Source: an uncultured Gammaproteobacteria bacterium (GTDB lineage Bacteria; Patescibacteriota; Patescibacteriia; UBA1558; GWA2-36-10). From it: a stretch of 64,000 nt of DNA. A program made the translations under genes and the position numbers. The notes below the pieces were generated by a model. That model did not search any database. It saw only the letters and a list, made by a program, of their open reading frames with translations, and was not told the DNA's origin. The DNA lies in NCBI GenBank assembly GCA_964633905.1, contig CAZWIT010000005.1, forward strand, positions 26,610 through 90,609, written 5' to 3'. This document shows, in pieces, positions 48,842 to 57,638 of this stretch (within the stretch, counting starts at the first letter, position 1; the number at the start of each line of letters is the position of its first letter).

Positions 48842-50275
48842 ATGTCGCAAGCCCATAAAATTTTCACCAATACTGTCTGGCAAATAGTTATTCGCTTTTT
48901 TGACGTTGTTTTAGGAGTAGTTAATCTTGGTCTGATTGCTCGCCTTTTGGGCACAACTCAATTTGGCTACTATACTACTATTTTTGTCTTTTTGCAGACA
49001 ATAGTTACCATTGCCGATTTTGGTTTATTTTTAGCCTTGCTTAATGAAATTTCAAGCACTGACGATAAACAGCTAGAGGCCAAAAGGCTTAATAATATTT
49101 TTACTATTCGGGTAGTTTCTATTTTATTATTTTTAGCCTTGTCGCCACTGCTTATCAAAGCATTTCCTTTTAGTAGTTTTGTTAAGGGAGGGGTAGTATT
49201 TTTGTTAGGAGCTTATTTTTGGCAGAGTCTGATATCTACCTTGACTGCTGTTTTTTCAAAATATTTAGATATGGCTAAAGCTACTTTAGTTTATGTCGTG
49301 GCTAAGGCTATTTATTTCTTTTGTTTGTTATATTTATTTTTTAATCATGGCACCCTGAATCAGATTTTGCTTTGGAATTCGATTAGTACTGGCTTTGGTT
49401 TTTTATTACTGTATATTTTTTTAAGGCGCTATCAAAAATTAAGGCTAGCCTGGGATTTTGTTTATTGGCGACATGTTTTTAAAATTGCTTGGCCACTGGC
49501 CATTGGTGTGGTTTTGAATCTATTATATTTTAAAGCTGATACTTTAATTTTGTCAGCTTATCATTCGGCTGATAAGGTTGGTTTATATGGTGCGGCTTAT
49601 AAAGTGCTAGAGGTTTTGACAACTTTCCCGCATATGTTTATGAGTTTGATTTTACCATTATTTACATTGGCTTGGGCTAAGCAGGATTTTAAAAAATTAA
49701 ATCAAATTGAGCAAAATACTTACGATTTTTTTGCTATTATTAATATTTGGGTAGTTTTAGTGGTTTGGTTGGCAAGTAAGCCGATTATGATTTTATTGAC
49801 TGGGCAAGAATTTGTTTTGGCTGGCTCTATTTTAAACGTGCTTATTTTAGCAGTCGTAGCTATATTCTTTGGTACCATGTTCACTTATTTAGTAGTGGCT
49901 ATGGGTTTGCAAAGAGCTATGGTTAAATATTATTTACTGGCAGCTATTCTTGGCTTGGGGGCTTATTTTATTTTTATACCAAAATATTATTATTGGGCAG
50001 CAGCTATTATCACGGTTTTAATTGAGGGCTTAATTTGGTTTTGGGCTTGGCGCTTAGTAAGTAAAAAAATTAAAATTAAATTAAGTAATCTAGTATTAGG
50101 ACGCAGTCTACTGTCGGCTTTGGTTGTTTTTTTATTTTTTTATAAATTTAGATTTTTGCCAGTTGTTTTGTTGGTAGTCCTAGCCAGTCTTAGTTATTTT
50201 GTTTTATTATTTTTATTTAAAGCAGTTGATAAAAATAAAATTAGGCTTATCTTAGGAAAGGATAAATATGTTTAA
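48842..50275 (+). CDS. Wzx-like polysaccharide flippase
   Basis: About 14 TM helices, ARLLG..QFGYY, ADFGL, DTLILS...VGLYGAAYK. Confidence 0.88.
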   Translation: MSQAHKIFTNTVWQIVIRFFDVVLGVVNLGLIARLLGTTQFGYYTTIFVFLQTIVTIADFGLFLALLNEISSTDDKQLEAKRLNNIFTIRVVSILLFLALSPLLIKAFPFSSFVKGGVVFLLGAYFWQSLISTLTAVFSKYLDMAKATLVYVVAKAIYFFCLLYLFFNHGTLNQILLWNSISTGFGFLLLYIFLRRYQKLRLAWDFVYWRHVFKIAWPLAIGVVLNLLYFKADTLILSAYHSADKVGLYGAAYKVLEVLTTFPHMFMSLILPLFTLAWAKQDFKKLNQIEQNTYDFFAIINIWVVLVVWLASKPIMILLTGQEFVLAGSILNVLILAVVAIFFGTMFTYLVVAMGLQRAMVKYYLLAAILGLGAYFIFIPKYYYWAAAIITVLIEGLIWFWAWRLVSKKIKIKLSNLVLGRSLLSALVVFLFFYKFRFLPVVLLVVLASLSYFVLLFLFKAVDKNKIRLILGKDKYV

Positions 50276-51578
50276 TATTATTTTAGGTTTTATTGCACAA
50301 TTAGGTTTTATTAGTATAAGTTGGCGTAAACCAATTTATGGTTTGTGTTTAATTATTATTTTATTGCCAAGTTATCTGTGGCGTTTTGACCTAGTTGGTT
50401 TGCCTACAACTTTTTTAGAAATAATAATTTGGTGGTTACTTATTATTTGGTTAATTAAAGAGCAACGTTGGCAAAGAATAAATTGGCTTTTTAACAAGTC
50501 AACTGAAAATTTAGTACCAAAAATTTGGCGTTATTTAATTTCAGCTTGGTTAATTATTAGTATTATTGCCTGTCTGCATAATCCAAGTTTAACAGCCTTA
50601 GGTTTATGGAGAGCTTATTTTTTAGAGCCAATTTTATTTTTTATTATATTTATTTATTTAATAAAAGATCAGACAGATCTAAAGCTAGTTATCAAATCCT
50701 TAGGTTTATTATTGTTTGGCTTATTTATAGTAGCTATTTATCAAAATTTTAGTGCTTGGAATTTGCCTTTAGCTTACGACCTTCCTAATGTGAGGCGTTT
50801 AACAGCGGTATTTTCTTATCCTAACGCTCTAAGTCTTTTAGTGGCGCCCATAACCGCCTTTTTTGCAGGTTTATACTTAGTACAGCGTCGACATAATTAT
50901 TTATATTTAACCTTATTTTTTGTAGGTTTTTTACTAATTTGGTGGACAGTAAGCCAAGGCGCAATAGCCGGGGTTATTTTTAGCATTATGGTTTATGGCT
51001 TTTATTTGATTAATAAATTTTTGCAAAGTCGTTATAGCTTTAGAACTAGGGGCGTAGTTTATACTTTTATTTTATTAGTTTTATTGGTTTTTTGGCTTAA
51101 GCATCCCCTGGCCTTAAAGTTTCAACAAGAATTATTCCAGCCAGAATTAAATTTAGCAGCCAGTTCTTTAGAAATTCGCAGTAATCAATGGCAGGAAACA
51201 TTGCTAATGTTAAGAGATCATTGGTGGTCCGGAGCAGGATTAGCTGCTTATCAAATAAACATGATTCCTTATCATCACCTAGATTGGTTAGAAATATATT
51301 TATATCCTCATAATTTATTTTTAAATTTTTGGAGTGAATTAGGTCTCTTGGGATTATTATGTTTTTTGGCTATTTTATTTTTTATAGCACGCGAATTTAA
51401 ATTTTTATTTGAAAATAAACAAGTCTTAGCTTGGCCGCTACTGCTAATGTGGCTTACTTGGTTTGTTCAGGGCTTGGTGGACGTGCCATATTTTAAAAAC
51501 GATTTGAGTATTTTATTTTTCATACAATTAGGCTTTTTACTTGTTAGTAAAAGACTAAATAATAGATTTACACTTTAG
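50268..51578 (+). CDS. O-antigen ligase/Wzy_C-family membrane protein
   Basis: RLTAVFSYPNAL, SQGA, R..QW...GAGL, YPHNLFLNFWSELGLLG. Confidence 0.85.
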   Translation: MFNIILGFIAQLGFISISWRKPIYGLCLIIILLPSYLWRFDLVGLPTTFLEIIIWWLLIIWLIKEQRWQRINWLFNKSTENLVPKIWRYLISAWLIISIIACLHNPSLTALGLWRAYFLEPILFFIIFIYLIKDQTDLKLVIKSLGLLLFGLFIVAIYQNFSAWNLPLAYDLPNVRRLTAVFSYPNALSLLVAPITAFFAGLYLVQRRHNYLYLTLFFVGFLLIWWTVSQGAIAGVIFSIMVYGFYLINKFLQSRYSFRTRGVVYTFILLVLLVFWLKHPLALKFQQELFQPELNLAASSLEIRSNQWQETLLMLRDHWWSGAGLAAYQINMIPYHHLDWLEIYLYPHNLFLNFWSELGLLGLLCFLAILFFIAREFKFLFENKQVLAWPLLLMWLTWFVQGLVDVPYFKNDLSILFFIQLGFLLVSKRLNNRFTL

Positions 51579-51670
51579 TTAAATTTTAGTATAATATAGT
51601 TAATACTATTATAAATTTACAAGCTTTAAGCGGCTATAAAAGTATTTAGTTTAAATTATTATAATTAATA

Positions 51671-52549
51671 ATGTTGATCTCTAAAAAGGTAAGTAAAATT
51701 CGTAAGGCAATTGTGGCTGTTGCTGGTTCCGGAACTAGGTTGTTACCAGCTACCAAAAGCATGCCTAAAGAAATGTTGCCTATAGTTGATAAACCGGTAA
51801 TTCAGTTAGTAGTAGAAGAATTAGTATCAGCTGGCATTGAAGATATTATTTTAGTAACCAAGTGGGATAAAAAACCACTAGAAGATCACTTTGATCATTC
51901 TTGGGCTTTAGAGAGTGAACTTGCTAAAGCTGGTAAAAAAGAGAAGTTAAGGGAGATTCAAAAGATCTCAGAGATGGCTAATTTTATCTATATCAGACAA
52001 AAAGGTCCTTATGGTAATGGCACACCGGTGCTTTCGGCTGCCAGCCTGGTAGATGATGAGCCGTTTATGTATGTTTGGGGAGATGATTTAGTAAAATCCA
52101 AAATACCATTTGCCAAACAAATGATTGATGAATATTATAAAACAGGTCATTTGATGATAGGTGTGCAAGAAGTAGATCGTAAACAGGTGGATAGATATGG
52201 CATTGTCAGTATTAAAGATAAAAAGACAATGCAGATTGATGACATTGTAGAAAAGCCAAGTGTCAAAACAGCCCCTTCTTGTTTAGCTGATTTTGGTAGG
52301 ATGATTTTGAATCAAGAAATTATTGATATTTTAAAAAAGACACGCTTAGGCAAAGGTAACGAACTTTGGATAGTTGATGCTATTAGGAGCTATATTAAAG
52401 CAGGGGGTAAATTTTATGCCAAAGAGATAAAAGATGGTAAGTGGCTCACTACTGGTGATTCCTTGAATTTATTAAAAACAACTCTAGAGTATGCTTGGGA
52501 TAGAAAAGAGTTGAAGGATTTTTTACAAAATTATTTAAAAAATAAATAG
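51671..52549 (+). CDS. galU: UTP-glucose-1-phosphate uridylyltransferase
   Basis: AGSGTRLLPATKSMPKEMLPIVDKP, YIRQKGPYGNG, VEKP. Confidence 0.92.
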   Translation: MLISKKVSKIRKAIVAVAGSGTRLLPATKSMPKEMLPIVDKPVIQLVVEELVSAGIEDIILVTKWDKKPLEDHFDHSWALESELAKAGKKEKLREIQKISEMANFIYIRQKGPYGNGTPVLSAASLVDDEPFMYVWGDDLVKSKIPFAKQMIDEYYKTGHLMIGVQEVDRKQVDRYGIVSIKDKKTMQIDDIVEKPSVKTAPSCLADFGRMILNQEIIDILKKTRLGKGNELWIVDAIRSYIKAGGKFYAKEIKDGKWLTTGDSLNLLKTTLEYAWDRKELKDFLQNYLKNK

Positions 52550-52553
52550 AAAA

Positions 52554-53927
52554 ATGGCTAGGTTAAAAATTTTTACACTTGGTATTTTAGGCATCTTTAT
52601 GATGACCACTGGTTTTGGTTGTAAAGGTATCCAAGGTTGTAGTATCAAAAAGCCACCAGAAGCTCAGCCTGTTACTTTAGAATACTGGGGTGTATGGGAC
52701 AGTCCAGATCAGATAGCTCCTCTAATCGGCGCTTATCATTCTACTCATCCCACTATTAATATTAATTATCGACAATTACGCTACGAAGAATACGAGCGCA
52801 AGCTACTTGAAGCTTGGGCTGATGATAGAGGGCCAGACGTTATGGCTATACCAGTTAGTTGGTTAAATCGTTATAAGGATAGATTAACACCGCTGCCAGC
52901 AGTGATGTCGATACCAGTAAAGGAAGTTACTGGCACTATTAAAAAGGAAACAATCACTTCTTTACAGGAGATAAATGGCTTGTCGATTGGTGATATTAAA
53001 TCAAAATATGTAGACGTTGTTTATAATAACGTTATTAAAGATAATAGTATTTATGCCTTGCCTTATTCTGTCGACACCCTGATTACTTTTTATAATCTAG
53101 ATTTGTTGGAGGCAGCCGGCATTCCACAACCAATGAATAATTTTTCAGAGCTAATAGATCAGGTGCCAAAATTAACTAAAGTTAGTGCTGATAATAAAAT
53201 ATATCAAGCTGGTGTAGCTTTGGGGGGCACTGATAATATCCCGCGTTATTTTGATATTATTTCTAATCTAATGTTGCAAACTAATGTAGAAGTCAAAGGT
53301 AGCAGCTTTAATCCTAATGCTAAAGCTGAATCAGCAGCTAATTTTGTTAGAGTTTTTGGTTTTTATACTGATTTTACTAGACCAGGATTAGCTAGCTATA
53401 GCTGGGACAGTAGTATGCCTAATGCTTTGGATATGTTTATGCAAGGTAATTTAGCTTATTTTTTTGGCTATAGTTATAATGCTGATGCTATTAGGGCAAA
53501 AGGAGTTTCGTTTGACTGGGGTATTACTAAATTTCCCCAGCCAGCCGGTGCCCAAGGCGATAAATATTATTCAGATTATTGGGTTAATGTGGTACCAAAA
53601 AAATCTAAAAATGTTAATGCTGCTTGGAATTTTGTACAAACAACAGCCAGTACTGATTTAGTAAAAGTTTATTTAGATACTAATAAGAGACCAACTGCTT
53701 TGCGCGCCTTGATCAATGAACAAAAAGCCAATCAAGATTTGGCAGTTTCTGCTAACCAAGTTTTAGCAGCTGATAATTGGTACGGTGGCTATGATTATAA
53801 TTTAGCGGAACAGTATTTCAAAAATTTTATTGATGGTATTCTAGATGGACAAATAGATATGAATAATAGAGAGCACACTAATCTTTTTATAGAACGAATT
53901 AATCAGACTTACTATAAACAACAATGA
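52554..53927 (+). CDS. Extracellular solute-binding lipoprotein (family 1)
   Basis: Lipobox-like GFGC, GPDV, YALPYSVDTL..FYN, AAWNF. Confidence 0.85.
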   Translation: MARLKIFTLGILGIFMMTTGFGCKGIQGCSIKKPPEAQPVTLEYWGVWDSPDQIAPLIGAYHSTHPTININYRQLRYEEYERKLLEAWADDRGPDVMAIPVSWLNRYKDRLTPLPAVMSIPVKEVTGTIKKETITSLQEINGLSIGDIKSKYVDVVYNNVIKDNSIYALPYSVDTLITFYNLDLLEAAGIPQPMNNFSELIDQVPKLTKVSADNKIYQAGVALGGTDNIPRYFDIISNLMLQTNVEVKGSSFNPNAKAESAANFVRVFGFYTDFTRPGLASYSWDSSMPNALDMFMQGNLAYFFGYSYNADAIRAKGVSFDWGITKFPQPAGAQGDKYYSDYWVNVVPKKSKNVNAAWNFVQTTASTDLVKVYLDTNKRPTALRALINEQKANQDLAVSANQVLAADNWYGGYDYNLAEQYFKNFIDGILDGQIDMNNREHTNLFIERINQTYYKQQ

Positions 53928-54541
53928 TTAGGTTTTTATTTTTATTATTAATATTGATCTGGCCAGAAACAGGTAGAGCAGCTGGATTTTTGGATAGTGT
54001 AGCTTGTATAGAGGCTGGTAATTGCGATTTACCAGATGTTGTTACTGGCTTAGTCTATTTAATTAGATTAATGCTGGGTGGCATGGGCTCGGTAGCTTTA
54101 ATCTATTTAGTAATCGGTGGTTTGCAGTGGTTAACCAGCTCCGGTAGCCCTGATAAGGTAAAGAAGGGTAAGGATATTATAATGAATACAATTTTTGCTT
54201 TAGCCTTGGCTTTCAGTAGTTATGTTGTTTTGGATCTTTTTGTTAATAAAATTTTAGCAGTTAAGCCAGAATACAGCGGTGTTAAAACCGCTCCAGTTGG
54301 GCGTTGCGGTGTTGATGTGCGAGCCGAAGGTTTAGCCTGTGAGCTTCCTACTAAAAATAAAGTTTGTTATAAGGGACAGTGTAAAATTGAGTGTGATATT
54401 CGAAAAGAAGAGTCTGGTGAAAATTGGCACTGTGCCATAATAGATCTTAATGATCCGACTAGTCCTTATTCTGAGGCAAATGGTAATTTAATAACTGGCT
54501 TGTGTCCAGATCCAATTAATAATGTCTGTATTAAAGATTAA
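53924..54541 (+). CDS. TrbC/VirB2-like pilin with Cys-rich C-terminal extension
   Basis: Two TM helices around GGLQWLTSSGSPDKVKKGK; Cys-rich tail. Confidence 0.8.
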   Translation: MIRFLFLLLILIWPETGRAAGFLDSVACIEAGNCDLPDVVTGLVYLIRLMLGGMGSVALIYLVIGGLQWLTSSGSPDKVKKGKDIIMNTIFALALAFSSYVVLDLFVNKILAVKPEYSGVKTAPVGRCGVDVRAEGLACELPTKNKVCYKGQCKIECDIRKEESGENWHCAIIDLNDPTSPYSEANGNLITGLCPDPINNVCIKD

Positions 54542-54550
54542 TATTTATTT

Positions 54551-54904
54551 ATGAAAAAGATTTTAAAATTTTTACCAACATTTTTATTATTATTACCATC
54601 ATTAGTTTTAGCTGCTGAAGATCCTGCCCCAAATACAAATTCAACTATTCCTTTGGACAATCCTTTGGGTGCCAGTGATGTTGGCGGTTTTATAGGCAAT
54701 GCCATTAATGGCGTCCTAGGTGTAGTTGGCGCCTTATCTTTATTTTATTTTGTTTTAGGCGGCTTGACTTGGATGACATCTCAAGGTAGTCAAGAAAAAG
54801 TAAAAAGGGGTAAAGAGACCTTAATTTGGGCTACTTTTGGTTTAGCTATGATATTTTTTAGTTATGCCTTAGTTAATTTTGTCTTAAAAAAATTGGTTAG
54901 TTGA
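54551..54904 (+). CDS. TrbC/VirB2-like pilin
   Basis: Signal peptide, LDNPLG, GGLTWMTSQGSQEKVKRGK. Confidence 0.85.
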   Translation: MKKILKFLPTFLLLLPSLVLAAEDPAPNTNSTIPLDNPLGASDVGGFIGNAINGVLGVVGALSLFYFVLGGLTWMTSQGSQEKVKRGKETLIWATFGLAMIFFSYALVNFVLKKLVS

Positions 54905-55026
54905 TAACTTTACTTGAAAGAAATACACTTTTGTTGTATAATTTTAAGTGGATAATAGTTCATATAGTCAATATTTTGTTTAATTATTATTTATTATTAA
55001 AATAATAAAAGAAGGGGGGTGAAACA

Positions 55027-55401
55027 ATGAAAAAATTATTAGCCTTTTTATTGTTGTTAGGACCAGCTTTAGCAGCCAGTCCAGCTTCAGCCACTGCTAC
55101 CATAAATGATTTTGGTGTCAACCAAATGAGAAATTTATCAACTTTCTCTACCAGAAGCGTTTATGATACTATTGCCGGTATTATTAACATCATTTTAGGA
55201 TTTTTAGGTACCATTGCCGTGTTGTTATTCTTATTTGGAGGTTTCAAGTGGGTAACTTCACAAGGTGAGTCTAATAAGATTGACGAAGCTAAGAAATTAA
55301 TGGGTGCTGCTGTTGTAGGTATTGCCATTATCTTTGCCTCATACGCCGTATCTCAATTTATTATTTCTCAACTTTATCAGAATACAATCCAAGGCGGTTA
55401 G
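55027..55401 (+). CDS. TrbC/VirB2-like pilin, paralog 1 of triplet
   Basis: GGFKWVTSQGESNKIDEAKK; strong SD GGGGGTG. Confidence 0.85.
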   Translation: MKKLLAFLLLLGPALAASPASATATINDFGVNQMRNLSTFSTRSVYDTIAGIINIILGFLGTIAVLLFLFGGFKWVTSQGESNKIDEAKKLMGAAVVGIAIIFASYAVSQFIISQLYQNTIQGG

Positions 55402-56232
55402 TATTTATTTTAATTTTCATAGACCTTATAGTCTAGACTATAGCAGCCCAAATTTTGGGCTGCTGAGGCGTGGACTTTATCAACCTTTATAGAAGCTTGT
55501 GAGAATAGTATTTGTTTTTGTACTATTATTAATGCCAAAGATGGTTTTGGCTACTGATATTAGCTCTTTTGGTGTGAATCAAATGAGAAATTTATCCACG
55601 TATTCTACGAGAAGTGTTTATGACACTATCTCTGGCATAGTTAACATTATTTTAGGATTTTTAGGTACCATTGCCCTGTTATTAATCTTATTTGCTGGAT
55701 TTTTATGGCTAACTTCTCAAGGGGATTCTGCTAAGATTGATCAAGCTAAAAAATTAATAGGCGCGGCAGTGGCTATGATGGTGGTTGTCTTTTCTTCTTA
55801 TGCCATAGCTCAATTTATAATTACCCAGCTTTATCAGAATACAATCCAAGGCGGGTAGTATTTTTAACTAGTAATTATTAATTATATTAATTATTTATCA
55901 TATAATATATAAAAGAATTTTATGAAAAAAGCATTAGTATTTTTTTTGTTATTAGCACCAAGTATGGCTTCAGCTACGGCTAGTCTCAATGATTTTGGTG
56001 TTAATCAAATGAGAAATCTATCTACTTTTTCTACGAGAAATGTTTATGATACTATTTCTGGTATTGTTAACATTATTTTAGGATTTTTAGGTACCATTGC
56101 CGTGTTGTTATTCTTATTTGGAGGTTTCAAGTGGGTAACTTCACAAGGTGAGTCTAATAAGATTGACGAAGCTAAGAAATTAATGGGTGCTGCTGTTGTA
56201 GGTATTGCCATTATCTTTGCCTCATACGCCGT
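55192..56232 (+). repeat. 158-bp identical direct repeat (55192-55349 and 56075-56232)
   Basis: ATTTTAGGATTTTTAGGTACC...TCATACGCCGT is identical in both copies by manual comparison. Confidence 0.85.
55499..55858 (+). CDS. TrbC/VirB2-like pilin, paralog 2 of triplet
   Basis: AGFLWLTSQGDSAKIDQAKK; shares FGVNQMRNLST and YQNTIQGG. Confidence 0.85.
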   Translation: MRIVFVFVLLLMPKMVLATDISSFGVNQMRNLSTYSTRSVYDTISGIVNIILGFLGTIALLLILFAGFLWLTSQGDSAKIDQAKKLIGAAVAMMVVVFSSYAIAQFIITQLYQNTIQGG

Positions 56233-56284
56233 GTCTCAATTTATTATTTCCAAGCTTTACGAGAATACAATCCAAGGTGGTTAG
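55922..56284 (+). CDS. TrbC/VirB2-like pilin, paralog 3 of triplet
   Basis: Near-identical to paralog 1 in the C-terminal two thirds. Confidence 0.85.
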   Translation: MKKALVFFLLLAPSMASATASLNDFGVNQMRNLSTFSTRNVYDTISGIVNIILGFLGTIAVLLFLFGGFKWVTSQGESNKIDEAKKLMGAAVVGIAIIFASYAVSQFIISKLYENTIQGG

Positions 56285-56348
56285 TATTCTTTATAATTTT
56301 GGCTTTGTTAAAATAAGTGTGGACTTTATGAATAATTATTTTATAGCT

Positions 56349-56744
56349 ATGCGTAAATATTTTATTTTAGCCTTGTTGGGCTTTTTACTATTGCCACACA
56401 TCTCATTTGCCTTGACTGATCCGATGAGCAGTTTAGAGGAGGCTGGTAGGCGGTCTGGTTTAAATACTAACTTATCAGCAACTGATATTATTGCCCGCAC
56501 TATTAATGCAATTTTAGGTTTGGTTGGCTCGGTTTTTGTGGTTTTGATTATTTGGTCTGGTTTTCGTTGGATGACTTCAGCTGGTAATACTGATCAGATT
56601 AAAAAAGCCAAAGAAACCATGATTAATTCAGTAATTGGTTTAGCTATTATTGTTGCTTCTTATGTTATTAGCTACACTATTTTAACAGTTTTAGTTGAAG
56701 GCAGGTTGCCCGGTGGTGGTGGCGGTATGGGTGGTACTCCTTAA
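56349..56744 (+). CDS. TrbC/VirB2-like pilin
   Basis: Start reassigned to MRKYFILA (56349); SGFRWMTSAGNTDQIKKAK. Confidence 0.82.
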   Translation: MRKYFILALLGFLLLPHISFALTDPMSSLEEAGRRSGLNTNLSATDIIARTINAILGLVGSVFVVLIIWSGFRWMTSAGNTDQIKKAKETMINSVIGLAIIVASYVISYTILTVLVEGRLPGGGGGMGGTP

Positions 56745-56764
56745 TAAAATTTAATTTAAAAAAA

Positions 56765-56799
56765 CGCCCCGGTCTCACACGCGTGAGACCGGGGCTTTT
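56765..56799. terminator. Strong bidirectional terminator
   Basis: GCCCCGGTCTCAC-acgc-GTGAGACCGGGGC with A and T tracts. Confidence 0.85.
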
Positions 56800-56815
56800 G
56801 TTTAGCGCTGAGTTA

Positions 56816-57499
56816 CTAGCGCTGATTTGGGTAGATGAAAACATTCCAACCTAGGAGGTGTTCGACGCCGTTGTCGTCAACCCAGATCACATTGTCTGGA
56901 TTATCGTCGATAATCATATAGTAACTGCGCACGCCGCCGCTATAACCACCGTAGCAGTTTTCCAGCGGGTAGGCATAGAAGGTTACAGGGCCCGGTTGCA
57001 GTTTGCGGATCTTGGTCGACTGTCCAGGGTAGAGGATGCCGTAGTCGTTGTTACGGTCATCGGTAACATGGAAGCTACAAACTTCCTTGTTCATGATCAC
57101 ACCCAACTGCGGCACTTTGCCCCGCAAGAAGAAGTCGTCAACGTAGATTACGTCTCCAGGAAAGACTCCGGTACGAGTAAGTTCAAGTTCGTCCAGGGTC
57201 TCGTTTACGCCCTTCTTTCGCGGAAAGACGATAGTCCAACGTTCCTCTCGATCCGACCTACGGTGGAAAGTGTGGCTAGTGCCTGGCAGTATCTCGATGC
57301 GGCTTTCGTTTTCCGGCCCAACGAAAAAGGGGCCGGTACCGGTGTTTACCCAGGCCTTGTCGATAGAGACAGCCGGATCTGACCTGGGAAAGGTCAGACT
57401 GTCGCCATGCTCGTTCAGGAGCCGCGGGCCAGCGCAGGCGCTGAGGAGCGTGAGCAGTCCAAGGGCCAGCGCAAACAGCAAGTAAGTCTTGTATTTCAT
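56816..57499 (-). CDS. GC-rich hypothetical lipoprotein (cassette)
   Basis: Lipobox LSAC. Perfect TTGACA-17-TATAAT promoter (57601-57573), GCTCCTTAACA motif, SD AGAGGT. Confidence 0.8.
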   Translation of the reverse strand: MKYKTYLLFALALGLLTLLSACAGPRLLNEHGDSLTFPRSDPAVSIDKAWVNTGTGPFFVGPENESRIEILPGTSHTFHRRSDREERWTIVFPRKKGVNETLDELELTRTGVFPGDVIYVDDFFLRGKVPQLGVIMNKEVCSFHVTDDRNNDYGILYPGQSTKIRKLQPGPVTFYAYPLENCYGGYSGGVRSYYMIIDDNPDNVIWVDDNGVEHLLGWNVFIYPNQR

Positions 57500-57638
57500 T
57501 GTCTTACCTCTTTTCTGTTAAGGAGCCAGTGCCATCACTAGGTATTAGGATGGCATTTTGAGTTAACATTATATTATATACTATTTTTATGTTTTTGTCA
57601 ATAGATAAACTAAAATAATCTTATGTTATAATGTTATT

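Noticed and set aside
54896-54956. DnaA-box-like words upstream of pilin paralog 1
   Set aside because: They are only mismatched matches in very AT-rich DNA that overlaps a promoter, and could arise by chance.
56858-57485. Plus-strand ORFs 56858..57382 and 57270..57485
   Set aside because: They are shadows of the GC-rich lipoprotein gene and have no expression signals.
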